Virus record (IMG/VR): IMGVR_UViG_3300047561_001367
Coordinates: 61,471 to 125,470 of that record
DNA length: 64,000 nucleotides
Source: a virus
Taxonomy: Duplodnaviria; Caudoviricetes
Strand: one strand, 5' to 3'
The position numbers were made by a program, and so were the translations under genes. This document shows positions 32,095 to 41,166 of this stretch, one piece after another. How positions within the stretch are numbered: the first letter of the stretch is position 1; the number at the start of each line of letters is the position of its first letter. Below the pieces are notes generated by a model. It was not told the DNA's origin. It searched no databases and saw only the letters and a program-made list of their open reading frames with translations.

Positions 32095-33141
32095 ATGAAA
32101 AAAGTACTTATTACAGGAGTCACCGGCCAAGATGGTAGTTATATGGCTGAATATTTACTTGGATTTCCAGACTATGAAGTCTATGGAATGATTCGTAGAT
32201 CATCCACTAATAATTATAAAAATATTGAGCATTTAATAAATAAACCTAAATTTAAAATTGTTTTAGGCGATCTTTCCGATTCTCAGTCTATTGAGAATTT
32301 AGTAAGAGAAATCCAACCAGATTATTTTATTAATTTAGCAGCGCAAAGTTTTGTTGCGGCTTCTTGGGAAATACCAGAACAAACTTTTGAAGTGGACGCT
32401 ATCGGTGTAATTCGTTGTTTAGAATCTATTAGAAAACATGCTCCAAAATGTAGATTTTATAACGCAGGTTCTTCCGAAGAACTCGGGAATGTTGATTATA
32501 GCCCACAAGATGAAAAACACCCATTAAAGCCAAGAAGCCCATATGGTGCTGCAAAAGCCGCCGCAAGACATATTGTAAAAGTTTACCGTGAAAGTTATGG
32601 TCTTTACGCTATACAGGGATTATTATATAACCATGAAAGTGAACGTCGCGGAGAAGAATTCGTAACTAGAAAAATTACTAAAAATATCGCTAGAATTAAA
32701 AATGCTATAAATAATAATAAATATTTTGATCCTCTTGAGCTTGGTAATATTGATGCAAAACGTGACTGGAGTCATGCTGAAGATTTTGTTAAAGGTATTT
32801 GGCTAATGTTAAACCAAAAAGAGCCTAAAGAATTTATTTTATCTTCAGGCTCAACTTATACCGTTAGAGAGTTTATTGAAATGGCATTTTTACAAGCTGG
32901 AATAAAAGGCCATTGGTCATTTTCGACAACAATCGGAAATGAGTCGTTACCAGAAAATGAAATCTTTTTAAAAGATACGGGGGAAATATTAATGAAAATT
33001 AATCCTATATTTTATAGACCAGCGGAAGTTGATCTACTTTGGGGGGATTCTACAGAAGCAAGAATAAAATTAAATTGGAAACCAGAAATTTCTTTCGAAA
33101 ACTTGGTAAAAAGAATGGTTGCAAATGATTTAAAACTATAA
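32095..33141 (+). CDS. gmd: GDP-mannose 4,6-dehydratase
   Basis: LITGVTGQDGSY, NLAAQS, PRSPYGAAK, NHES.RRGEEFVTRKIT, KRDW.HA.D, YRPAEVDLL.GD. Confidence 0.95.
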   Translation: MKKVLITGVTGQDGSYMAEYLLGFPDYEVYGMIRRSSTNNYKNIEHLINKPKFKIVLGDLSDSQSIENLVREIQPDYFINLAAQSFVAASWEIPEQTFEVDAIGVIRCLESIRKHAPKCRFYNAGSSEELGNVDYSPQDEKHPLKPRSPYGAAKAAARHIVKVYRESYGLYAIQGLLYNHESERRGEEFVTRKITKNIARIKNAINNNKYFDPLELGNIDAKRDWSHAEDFVKGIWLMLNQKEPKEFILSSGSTYTVREFIEMAFLQAGIKGHWSFSTTIGNESLPENEIFLKDTGEILMKINPIFYRPAEVDLLWGDSTEARIKLNWKPEISFENLVKRMVANDLKL

Positions 33142-33159
33142 TAGAGTGTATATATATTT

Positions 33160-33357
33160 ATGTCTGAAGCTCATCAATTAGTATCAAACTTTGATAGTTG
33201 TAAACATCGCTCTCCCGATCAAATCGGTAAAATAATCCAACGCTGTTCATGTCAGGGAGGTAATTACGAAGTCAAAGGTTTCTTTTGTAATAAAAGAAAT
33301 ATTTTTAAGTTAGAGCCTAGTATATGCCAAAGTTGTGAAGTTTATGAGTCTAAATAA
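33160..33357 (+). CDS. Small Cys-rich protein (65 aa)
   Basis: Six Cys including CSC and CQSC; GTGTAT motif 8 nt upstream. Confidence 0.55.
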   Translation: MSEAHQLVSNFDSCKHRSPDQIGKIIQRCSCQGGNYEVKGFFCNKRNIFKLEPSICQSCEVYESK

Positions 33358-33694
33358 AAAAGACTTTATTAAAAAATTTTTAAAGGACGGCACTAAAATT
33401 ATTTGGCCGAAAGAAATGAAAATGGTCAAAATGTTATTAGACATTTTTCCAGATGAATTATTTTGGAATTCTTTAGATTTAAAATTTAAATTAAATAGTT
33501 TATGTTGGTTATTATCTGATGATGGAAGGTCTTTTCTTAACACCGAATATCAAAAGTATAAATTAGAATTGCCAGAAGTAAAAAAGTATAAATTAGAAAA
33601 AAATAATATTGCCTTTGATTCAAAAATCTCTTATACTTCAGAAAGTCCTCTGAACTTAAGAGGCTTTTTAAATTTATGGCAAAAGAAACATTAG
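33344..33694 (+). CDS. Hypothetical protein
   Basis: ORF track (33335); ATG 33344 is the more likely start. Confidence 0.55.
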   Translation: MSLNKKDFIKKFLKDGTKIIWPKEMKMVKMLLDIFPDELFWNSLDLKFKLNSLCWLLSDDGRSFLNTEYQKYKLELPEVKKYKLEKNNIAFDSKISYTSESPLNLRGFLNLWQKKH

Positions 33695-34767
33695 GCGGAA
33701 AAAGTATCTTATCATCCCATTTAAAGGATAATAAAGATAGTCATTATAATTTTGAAGATGAGCAAATTTTTAATGTCTCAACAGGATCTCTTCTTTTAGA
33801 TTCTGAACTCGGTGGCTCATTAGAAGTTCCAGCGATTGTTAGATTTACTGGCGTAAGTGGTGGTGGAAAAACAAGTTCTGCACTCCTTATTATGAATAAT
33901 TTTCTTAAAACAATTCCTAATGCTAAAGGATTGCTTATAAAAGCAGAGGGGCGTTTAAACTCTAATGTTAAAAAAATCTCTGGGGTTGATTTTGTTGATA
34001 AACCCGAGGACTGGGATAATGGAAAATGTTTTGTATTACGTTCGAATGTTTATGAAAATGTTGCTACCTTGATTCTTGAATTAATTCAAAATAATCCAGA
34101 GAATACTCGTTATTATTTTCTTGTAGATAGTATGGATGCACTTATTTCTAAAAATGATTTGAGTAAAGGGTTTGATGATAGCGCAAAAGTTGCTGCTGGA
34201 GCGGTATTAACTTCTAACTTTTTAAGACGTATCATGTTACCACTATCTACTTTTGGACATATTTGTGGTCTTATTTCACAGGTTCGTTCTAATGTTCAGA
34301 TCAATCCTTATGCAAAGGGAGATCCTAAACTTACCAATAGTTCTGGTGGCAATGCATTACAGCATTACGCAGATTGGATCTTTGAATTTCAACCTAGATA
34401 TAAATCAGATCAAATTATTGAAGATGGTAAAATTATTGGGCACTGGTCAAAAATTCTTCTTCGTAAAACTACTAACGAAAAAGATGGTACTGAAATTACT
34501 TATCCAATTCGGCATGGTCGTTCTGATGGTAAAAGTGTTTGGCTAGAATATGAAATTGCAGATATGCTTATTCAATGGGGATTCGCTAAAAAAAGTGGGG
34601 CGTGGATTGCTTTTGATAAAGCTATTATTGATGAAGTAAAAAAAGAAACAGATCAGGATCTTCCAGAAAAAATTCAAGGAATGGATCAATTAAGAACATT
34701 TTTAGAAGAGAATCCTAAAATTTGTAACTATTTATTTAATAAATTTAAAGAAACTTTTGCAAAATGA
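33676..34767 (+). CDS. recA: RecA/UvsX-like recombinase
   Basis: STGSLLLD..LGG, Walker A GVSGGGKTS, Walker B FLVDS, ISQVR, SGGNALQHYA, KSGAW. Confidence 0.85.
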   Translation: MAKETLGGKSILSSHLKDNKDSHYNFEDEQIFNVSTGSLLLDSELGGSLEVPAIVRFTGVSGGGKTSSALLIMNNFLKTIPNAKGLLIKAEGRLNSNVKKISGVDFVDKPEDWDNGKCFVLRSNVYENVATLILELIQNNPENTRYYFLVDSMDALISKNDLSKGFDDSAKVAAGAVLTSNFLRRIMLPLSTFGHICGLISQVRSNVQINPYAKGDPKLTNSSGGNALQHYADWIFEFQPRYKSDQIIEDGKIIGHWSKILLRKTTNEKDGTEITYPIRHGRSDGKSVWLEYEIADMLIQWGFAKKSGAWIAFDKAIIDEVKKETDQDLPEKIQGMDQLRTFLEENPKICNYLFNKFKETFAK

Positions 34768-35690
34768 TAGATATTAAAGATTACATAAGATCTTATTATA
34801 AAGATAAAATTTCAGAGAAATTACCTTTAAAAGATTTAGCACCTTTAAATGTAACTGTGAACGCTATTACTTATAATCCTGGGATAGGTGATACCACTAT
34901 TATTAATAATCTTTTATTTAAGGACGAAAATACAAGAAGCAATATTCATATATTTGCCCCGAGTAATCATTATCAAACTATATTAAATTATAATAAATTT
35001 AAAAATTCAAATATATTTAATCAAAATAATCCCACTTTTAGAACAGAGGTCCTTGAAGATTATAATTTAGGTTCTGGACACATTATTCAGAAAATGCGTA
35101 AATTTTTTGGTTTAGAAGTCTTTAAAAGACCAAAGTCTTTTTTACAAACAGGGCTTTTAAAAACAAAAAATAAAATTGGTATTCATTTAACGACTGGACG
35201 GAGTGCATTTGAACTTTCTTCGTTAAACAATCATCCTAGACAGATATATAAAAATAATATTGAAATACTTCAAGATTTTATTAATAAAAATTCTCAATAT
35301 GAATTTGTAGAATTTGGCGGACAAAGTATAGGTATACAAAATTGTAAAGATTTTACAGGAAAAAGCTTAGGGGATTCAATTGAAGAGCTGTCAACATGTG
35401 AATATTTTATTGGTTTAAATAGCGGCTTTATGAATTTAGCTGCATGTTTTGATATTAAATCTATTATTATAGTTAACATACCAGTCGCATCACAAGATAT
35501 TGTGTTACCAGTATTAAAAGATATTAGAGTCGCAGATATGAATTGGTTATATCCACAAAATGTGCATTTACATCAAGACGATGATACTAAAATAGTGCCA
35601 GCATTTAATTATAAAAATATCCAGAAAGCTTTAAATGGCGAGGTATACCCATTCTGGTCAGAAGAATATTTAGATTTAATTTATGATTAA
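34764..35690 (+). CDS. GT9-like glycosyltransferase
   Basis: GIGD near N-terminus; FIGLNSGFMNLAA. Confidence 0.65.
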   Translation: MIDIKDYIRSYYKDKISEKLPLKDLAPLNVTVNAITYNPGIGDTTIINNLLFKDENTRSNIHIFAPSNHYQTILNYNKFKNSNIFNQNNPTFRTEVLEDYNLGSGHIIQKMRKFFGLEVFKRPKSFLQTGLLKTKNKIGIHLTTGRSAFELSSLNNHPRQIYKNNIEILQDFINKNSQYEFVEFGGQSIGIQNCKDFTGKSLGDSIEELSTCEYFIGLNSGFMNLAACFDIKSIIIVNIPVASQDIVLPVLKDIRVADMNWLYPQNVHLHQDDDTKIVPAFNYKNIQKALNGEVYPFWSEEYLDLIYD

Positions 35691-36015
35691 TTTATTAGTA
35701 GATGAAGCTTATGCTTTTGATTATTTAAGTATTTTATATATTAAAACATCAAAATCTAAAAATGGCTTAAATACATTTGAACAATGCGCGAATACTTTAA
35801 AAAAGCAGCTACCAAATTATATTGAAATTATATCTTCTAAAGAATATGAAAATTTAATTGAAGCAAACCAAATAACCTTTGACGCTGTAGAAAAGGCTCG
35901 ATATTCAGAGATTTCTGCAAAAGAAGTCGATGATGCAAACATGCTAAGACATAAAAGAAAAATTGAATTACAAAATAGATTTTTTAACTCCACAATAGTA
36001 GAATATAAAACATAA
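35683..36015 (+). CDS. Hypothetical helical protein of a type often found near phage glycan genes
   Basis: DYLSILYIK...R...K..L motif; coupled ORF. Confidence 0.5.
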   Translation: MINLLVDEAYAFDYLSILYIKTSKSKNGLNTFEQCANTLKKQLPNYIEIISSKEYENLIEANQITFDAVEKARYSEISAKEVDDANMLRHKRKIELQNRFFNSTIVEYKT

Positions 36016-36704
36016 TGATTAATTTACCTTCAGTTACTTTAATTTGTTTATCTTCTATTAAATTGCCAACAGCAATAGAAGCTATAAAACATTGCTGTCA
36101 ATATGTTAATTTTGGTGATGTTAAATTAGTAACTCATGAAAATATTCAATCAGATAGCCTAATTAAAGTAGAAAAAAGTCCTCAATTCTATAGTTTACAG
36201 AATTATAGTGATTATTTAGTGGCTAATCTATCAGATCATTTTGAAACTACCCATTGTCTTCATATTCAAATGGATGGACTGATTAGTAATTACAAAATGT
36301 GGACCGATGAATATTTAGATTATGACTATATTGGGGCTCCATGGCCGTTACCATTAGTAGCAAAAATATTACAAAATGTATCCAATGAAAAAGACCATGA
36401 AGGTAGACCATTTGAAACAAATAAACCAAATTTACAAAATTATGATATTAATAATTATAGAGTTGGTAATGGCGGATTCTCTTTAAGAAGTAAAAAATTA
36501 TGTGATCTTTTAAAACAATACGCGTATAAATATCCTAATAAATCAGAAGATTGTATTATTTCGATATATGAAAAAGAGTCTTTATTAGAAGAGGGTGTTA
36601 AATATGCACCCCTTGAATTGGCTTCAAAATTTGCGGTAGAAGATCCAACCGAATTAAATCCAATAAAAGATACTTCAAAGACTTTTGGATTTCATAGATT
36701 CTAG
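36015..36704 (+). CDS. DUF5672-like putative glycosyltransferase
   Basis: IQMDG, YDYIGAPW, VGNGGFSLRS, ED, FGFH. Confidence 0.8.
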   Translation: MINLPSVTLICLSSIKLPTAIEAIKHCCQYVNFGDVKLVTHENIQSDSLIKVEKSPQFYSLQNYSDYLVANLSDHFETTHCLHIQMDGLISNYKMWTDEYLDYDYIGAPWPLPLVAKILQNVSNEKDHEGRPFETNKPNLQNYDINNYRVGNGGFSLRSKKLCDLLKQYAYKYPNKSEDCIISIYEKESLLEEGVKYAPLELASKFAVEDPTELNPIKDTSKTFGFHRF

Positions 36705-36718
36705 ACTTATATTTAATT

Positions 36719-37573
36719 ATGATATTACTAATTGGTTCATCTGGATATATTGGAACAGAATTTAGAAAGCAGTTGGAAAAAAATAATATATCTTATTTAA
36801 GATTATCTTATCAAGATGTAAATCCAAATAATTTATCTAGAATCATTAAAGAATATAATATAAAATATATTATTAATTGTGCTGCATTTGTTGGTAGTCC
36901 AAATATTGAAGCGTGCGAATCACAAAAAGATAAAACAATATCTGGTAATATACTATTACCATATTTATTAAAAAATATTTGTGAAGAATTTAATATTGTC
37001 TTATGCCATATATCAACAGGATGCCTTTATAATGGAGACTCTTTATCAAGATATGGCTGGAATGAAAATGATAATCCTAATTTTACTTTTGAATTTAATA
37101 ATTGCAGTTTTTATACCGGCACAAAAGTTATTGCAGAAAATTATATTAAATCATATGAGAAATCGTATATATGGAGAATAAGACTTCCATTTGAAAATAT
37201 TCATAATGATCGAAATTATATCTCAAAAATAATTAACTATGAAACTTTAATAACTGACTCTAATTCAATCTCTAATAAACAAGAATTTGTTACAGCTTGT
37301 ATTGATTCAATACGATTGAATATTCCATTTGGTATATATAATATTACTAACACGGGATCAATATCTTCAAAAGATGTGGTTGAAAAATTAATTAAAACTA
37401 TCCAACCGGATAAAAAAGCTCGATTTTTATCAATGGATAATTTTTATAAACAAATAAGTTTGCTTCCACGTTCGAATTGTGTTATAGACAATAGAAAAAT
37501 ATTGTCTATGGGAATATCAATGTCCGAAATAAATGAGTCTATAGATAAATGTTTAAATACTTGGGAATGGTAA
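36719..37573 (+). CDS. NAD-dependent NDP-sugar epimerase/reductase (RmlD or NRS/ER-like)
   Basis: GSSGYIG, NCAAFVG.PN..ACE, STGCLY, YTGTK, RIRLP. Confidence 0.8.
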   Translation: MILLIGSSGYIGTEFRKQLEKNNISYLRLSYQDVNPNNLSRIIKEYNIKYIINCAAFVGSPNIEACESQKDKTISGNILLPYLLKNICEEFNIVLCHISTGCLYNGDSLSRYGWNENDNPNFTFEFNNCSFYTGTKVIAENYIKSYEKSYIWRIRLPFENIHNDRNYISKIINYETLITDSNSISNKQEFVTACIDSIRLNIPFGIYNITNTGSISSKDVVEKLIKTIQPDKKARFLSMDNFYKQISLLPRSNCVIDNRKILSMGISMSEINESIDKCLNTWEW

Positions 37574-37574
37574 T

Positions 37575-38702
37575 ATGAAAAAAGAAATTATAAATTTAGG
37601 AAATCTACCTCTAGTTAATAATCTTTTTAAATCAGAATCAGATAGTATTAATACTAAAAGATACGGTTTAAAAGTTATTGAGGAAGATAATCTTTTAATG
37701 AAATTAGATGTAGAAATTCCATCTCAAGATATGTTTGAAACATATCTTTATCGTTCATCGATAAATAAACCTTATGCATATCATTGTATAAAGATGTGGT
37801 CATATATTGATAATTTCAGTCCTAAAAGAATCGCAGATATTGGTGGTAATGATGGTACACTTTTATCTGCTTTTAAACAAATGTCTAATAATCAATTAGA
37901 TCTTGTTAATATAGATGCTAGCTCTTCATTTAAAGATGATAATGAAAACAAAGGAATTACATATATACAACAATATTGGGGTGATTTAATTTTTGATAAA
38001 AAATTTGATGTTATTACTTCTACAAATGTTTTCCAACATAACCCTAATTATAGAAAATTTTTAAATGGCATTCGTAATAATTTAAATGGAATTTGGATAT
38101 TAGAATTTCCATATTTTTTAGAAACAGTTAAAACAAATCAATTTGATCAAATATATCATGAGCATGTTTTTTACTGGTTACTTACTCCATTGTATCCTTT
38201 ATTAAAAGAGTACGGTTTAAAAATTATAGATTTATCTATACAAGATATTCATGGTGGATCGATGCGAATAGTTTCTTCTAATAGGCCGGAACACAAAGAA
38301 AATACCGATCAAATCAATTTATTTTTAGAAGAAGAGTCTAAATTTAATTTTGATAAATGGGGTGATAAAATTTCTAAGAAGTTAAAGATAGATCGTATAT
38401 TTTTAGATAATTTAAAAGGGTCTACGGCGGCGTTTGGTGCTGCGGCTAAAGGATGTGTATATTTAAATTGTGTTAAGCCTAGTACTATCAAATATATTAT
38501 TGATGATACACCAGATAAACAAAATATGTTTAGTCCAGGAACTGGTTTAAAGATATTAGATAGGTCTATTTTAAAAATAGATCCGCCTGATAATATAGTA
38601 ATATTAGCGCATAATTTTAAGCACTATATAGCAGAATCTTTAAGATCGAATGGATACACTGGTAAAATTTTTGCCATGCTACCAGAGATTGAAGAATTAT
38701 GA
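37575..38702 (+). CDS. NDP-sugar C-methyltransferase
   Basis: LGNLPLVN, DIGGNDGTLL, FDQIYHEH, IHGGSMR, FGAAAKG, DDTPDKQ..F.PG. Confidence 0.85.
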   Translation: MKKEIINLGNLPLVNNLFKSESDSINTKRYGLKVIEEDNLLMKLDVEIPSQDMFETYLYRSSINKPYAYHCIKMWSYIDNFSPKRIADIGGNDGTLLSAFKQMSNNQLDLVNIDASSSFKDDNENKGITYIQQYWGDLIFDKKFDVITSTNVFQHNPNYRKFLNGIRNNLNGIWILEFPYFLETVKTNQFDQIYHEHVFYWLLTPLYPLLKEYGLKIIDLSIQDIHGGSMRIVSSNRPEHKENTDQINLFLEEESKFNFDKWGDKISKKLKIDRIFLDNLKGSTAAFGAAAKGCVYLNCVKPSTIKYIIDDTPDKQNMFSPGTGLKILDRSILKIDPPDNIVILAHNFKHYIAESLRSNGYTGKIFAMLPEIEEL

Positions 38703-38703
38703 T

Positions 38704-39402
38704 ATGTTAAATGTTATTTATAGATTTTGCAATTTACCATGTTTAGAAAGACATAATCGTCCAGAATGGTTTTCAAAAATTAATTGTTTTGAATCTATTT
38801 ATCAAAATTTTATTGATAATGATACTCGGTTATATTGTGTACAGGATGGTGACGATGGACCCTTAACAGATTTTATTAAATCAAAAAGTAATATAACAGA
38901 GTTTATAAATATTAAATATAATTCTAACTCAAAAAGTTTAAATTTTTGTTTAGAACTGCCTGATAAAATACCCGATGGAGATTTATATTTTGTAGAAGAT
39001 GATTTTTTACACACTAAGAATTGCAAAACAGTTCTATTAGAAGGTATTAAAAATTTTGAATTAGTCACTTTATTTGACCATTTAGATAGATATCAACGTA
39101 CAGATGATATAACACAAAATTGCGAATCAATTAATTTGACAGAATCATCTTATTGGAGAACGTGTGAAAGTACTACTTGTACATGGGCTTGTAATAAATT
39201 TATGTGGAATAAAATAAAAAATGATGCTATCATTCATAATTTAAATGATAGAATGTTTTTTAGACATTTAATTGCAAAAAAAATTCGTCTTTGGAGCCCA
39301 ATAAAATCTTGTTCTACACATTGCGATAGAAATGGGCTTGCCCCATTAATTGATTGGAGAGAAATTAATAATTCATATGTAATAAATAGGGATAATGAAT
39401 AA
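38704..39402 (+). CDS. GT-A fold glycosyltransferase
   Basis: YFVEDDFLH DxD-type motif; start adjusted from tracked 38650. Confidence 0.65.
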   Translation: MLNVIYRFCNLPCLERHNRPEWFSKINCFESIYQNFIDNDTRLYCVQDGDDGPLTDFIKSKSNITEFINIKYNSNSKSLNFCLELPDKIPDGDLYFVEDDFLHTKNCKTVLLEGIKNFELVTLFDHLDRYQRTDDITQNCESINLTESSYWRTCESTTCTWACNKFMWNKIKNDAIIHNLNDRMFFRHLIAKKIRLWSPIKSCSTHCDRNGLAPLIDWREINNSYVINRDNE

Positions 39403-40111
39403 TGACATTAATTGTTTATGGATAGGTTCAAAATTATCTTTGATGGAAAGACTATCAATAATTTTAGCTCAAAAAATGGGTTACAATGTAATATTGTGGT
39501 CTAATTCAAATTTTGATAATCTACCCGAGGGGGTAGAAATAAAAAGTATACCTACAGATATTTTACCGCCAGTTAGATTTAAAGGGCATCGACATCCAAA
39601 TTTATCAGATGGTGGTATTGGTTCACTATCTCATTGGTCTGATTATTTTGCTTTTAATATTTTATACAGATATGGTGGAAATTGGATGCAACTAGATTTA
39701 GCAATGGTAAATAAAATTGAAATTACAAAATCTTATGCTTTTATTGCATGGGGTAAAAGCTTATCACCAATTTTTATGAAAATTCCAAAAAATTCTGAAT
39801 ATGCGAAAGAAATGATCAAAGAGTTAGAGGGGCCAATAAAAAATGAATTAAAAGATCTAAAATGGGAGTATTCTTTACAATTAATGGGTAAAATAGCGAA
39901 AAATAATAATATATATGATAATTGCCATATAATAAAACCCGAAGATGGATATATTGACTGCGGAGCGAGCAGTTCCTGTGCCTATCATTATCCAGTAAAA
40001 AAACCTTATTCATGGATTCACTGGTCTAATGCAACACATAATAGTAATAAAGATAATCCAAAAGTTGATAGTGAATATTATAAATTATGCAAAATGAATA
40101 TTTTAATATAA
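39395..40111 (+). CDS. GT32/Och1-like glycosyltransferase (DxD replaced by QxD)
   Basis: LWIG..LS..E.LS, SDYF...LY.YGG.WMQLD. Confidence 0.65.
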   Translation: MNNDINCLWIGSKLSLMERLSIILAQKMGYNVILWSNSNFDNLPEGVEIKSIPTDILPPVRFKGHRHPNLSDGGIGSLSHWSDYFAFNILYRYGGNWMQLDLAMVNKIEITKSYAFIAWGKSLSPIFMKIPKNSEYAKEMIKELEGPIKNELKDLKWEYSLQLMGKIAKNNNIYDNCHIIKPEDGYIDCGASSSCAYHYPVKKPYSWIHWSNATHNSNKDNPKVDSEYYKLCKMNILI

Positions 40112-40115
40112 TAAA

Positions 40116-40529
40116 ATGAAATTTAAAAATATATTTGGCAAAGAAGTTAATAAGAATATAAACAGTTATTTAGTTAAATGGAATGAACCATGTAGAAGTA
40201 AAGTTCAGTTTAATATTAAAAAATTTTTTGAAACTTATTGGCAAACACATGTTGTTGTAGAAGAATTTCCCGTATTTGGTTCGAGAATGAAATGTGATTT
40301 GATTAATTTTACTAAAAAAATTGCAGTAGAAACGCACGGATTGCAGCACGATAAATTTGTTAAATATTTTCATCGTACACGAACTGGTTTTAAAAAAAGC
40401 GTTAAAAGAGATTTGCAAAAGTATTCATGGTTAGAAATGAATGGGTTTAGAATTATTGAAATTTTTGAAAATGAAACTCATCTTTTAAATTCAGAGTGGA
40501 TAAAAGAAAAATTTGATATAGAAATTTAG
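40116..40529 (+). CDS. Vsr/DUF559-like endonuclease
   Basis: EEFP, CD, AVETHG.QH, RD..K..W...NG..IIEI. Confidence 0.7.
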   Translation: MKFKNIFGKEVNKNINSYLVKWNEPCRSKVQFNIKKFFETYWQTHVVVEEFPVFGSRMKCDLINFTKKIAVETHGLQHDKFVKYFHRTRTGFKKSVKRDLQKYSWLEMNGFRIIEIFENETHLLNSEWIKEKFDIEI

Positions 40530-40530
40530 C

Positions 40531-40558
40531 TTGAATATCAAACAAACTTGGGTATAAT
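40531..40558 (+). promoter_or_regulatory. sigma70-type promoter, leaderless
   Basis: TTGAAT-16nt-TATAAT, 6 nt before ATG 40565. Confidence 0.65.
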
Positions 40559-40564
40559 GAATTA

Positions 40565-41164
40565 ATGGATCCACTATATATTGGAATAGCTGGGGTTTCC
40601 CGTTCGGGGAAAGATAGCCTAGCAATTGAGATAGAAAAAATTATTCGCGCTTACGTTGGAAATGCTTTTATTTATAAAAGTTCATTAGCACAACCGTTAA
40701 AAGAAGATTGCGCGGCTTTTATTAAAAACTATTTAAATTTAAACGTCTTTACTGATAAGACTGAAGAGAAATCTATTTTTCGTGAATTTCTTGTTTGGTA
40801 CGGTAAAGTTAAAAGACAGCAAAGCGAAGGCAAACATTGGACAAATCTTTTAGATCAGCGTGTCGGAAAATTTCAACCAGATATTTGTATTGTTCCAGAT
40901 ATTCGTTATCAACAATATAGGGAAGATGAGGTTAACTGGCTTAAATCAAAAAATAGAAATGTTCTTATTCACTTGCAAAGAATTGCAATTAATGGTGAAA
41001 TAGTACAACCAGCAAATATGGACGAATCAATTAACGACTCTATTCTTCAAGATATGGCAGACTATAAAATTGTTTGGCCTACATTCGTAGAAGATGGCAA
41101 AGATGATTGCATGCGAGAAATTGCTATCAAAGCATTTAATACTGTTATTAAGGAAAAAATTTAA
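40565..41164 (+). CDS. Deoxynucleoside monophosphate kinase-like P-loop protein
   Basis: IGIAGVSRSGKDS, LA.PLK, IVPDIRY..E. Confidence 0.7.
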   Translation: MDPLYIGIAGVSRSGKDSLAIEIEKIIRAYVGNAFIYKSSLAQPLKEDCAAFIKNYLNLNVFTDKTEEKSIFREFLVWYGKVKRQQSEGKHWTNLLDQRVGKFQPDICIVPDIRYQQYREDEVNWLKSKNRNVLIHLQRIAINGEIVQPANMDESINDSILQDMADYKIVWPTFVEDGKDDCMREIAIKAFNTVIKEKI

Positions 41165-41166
41165 TT

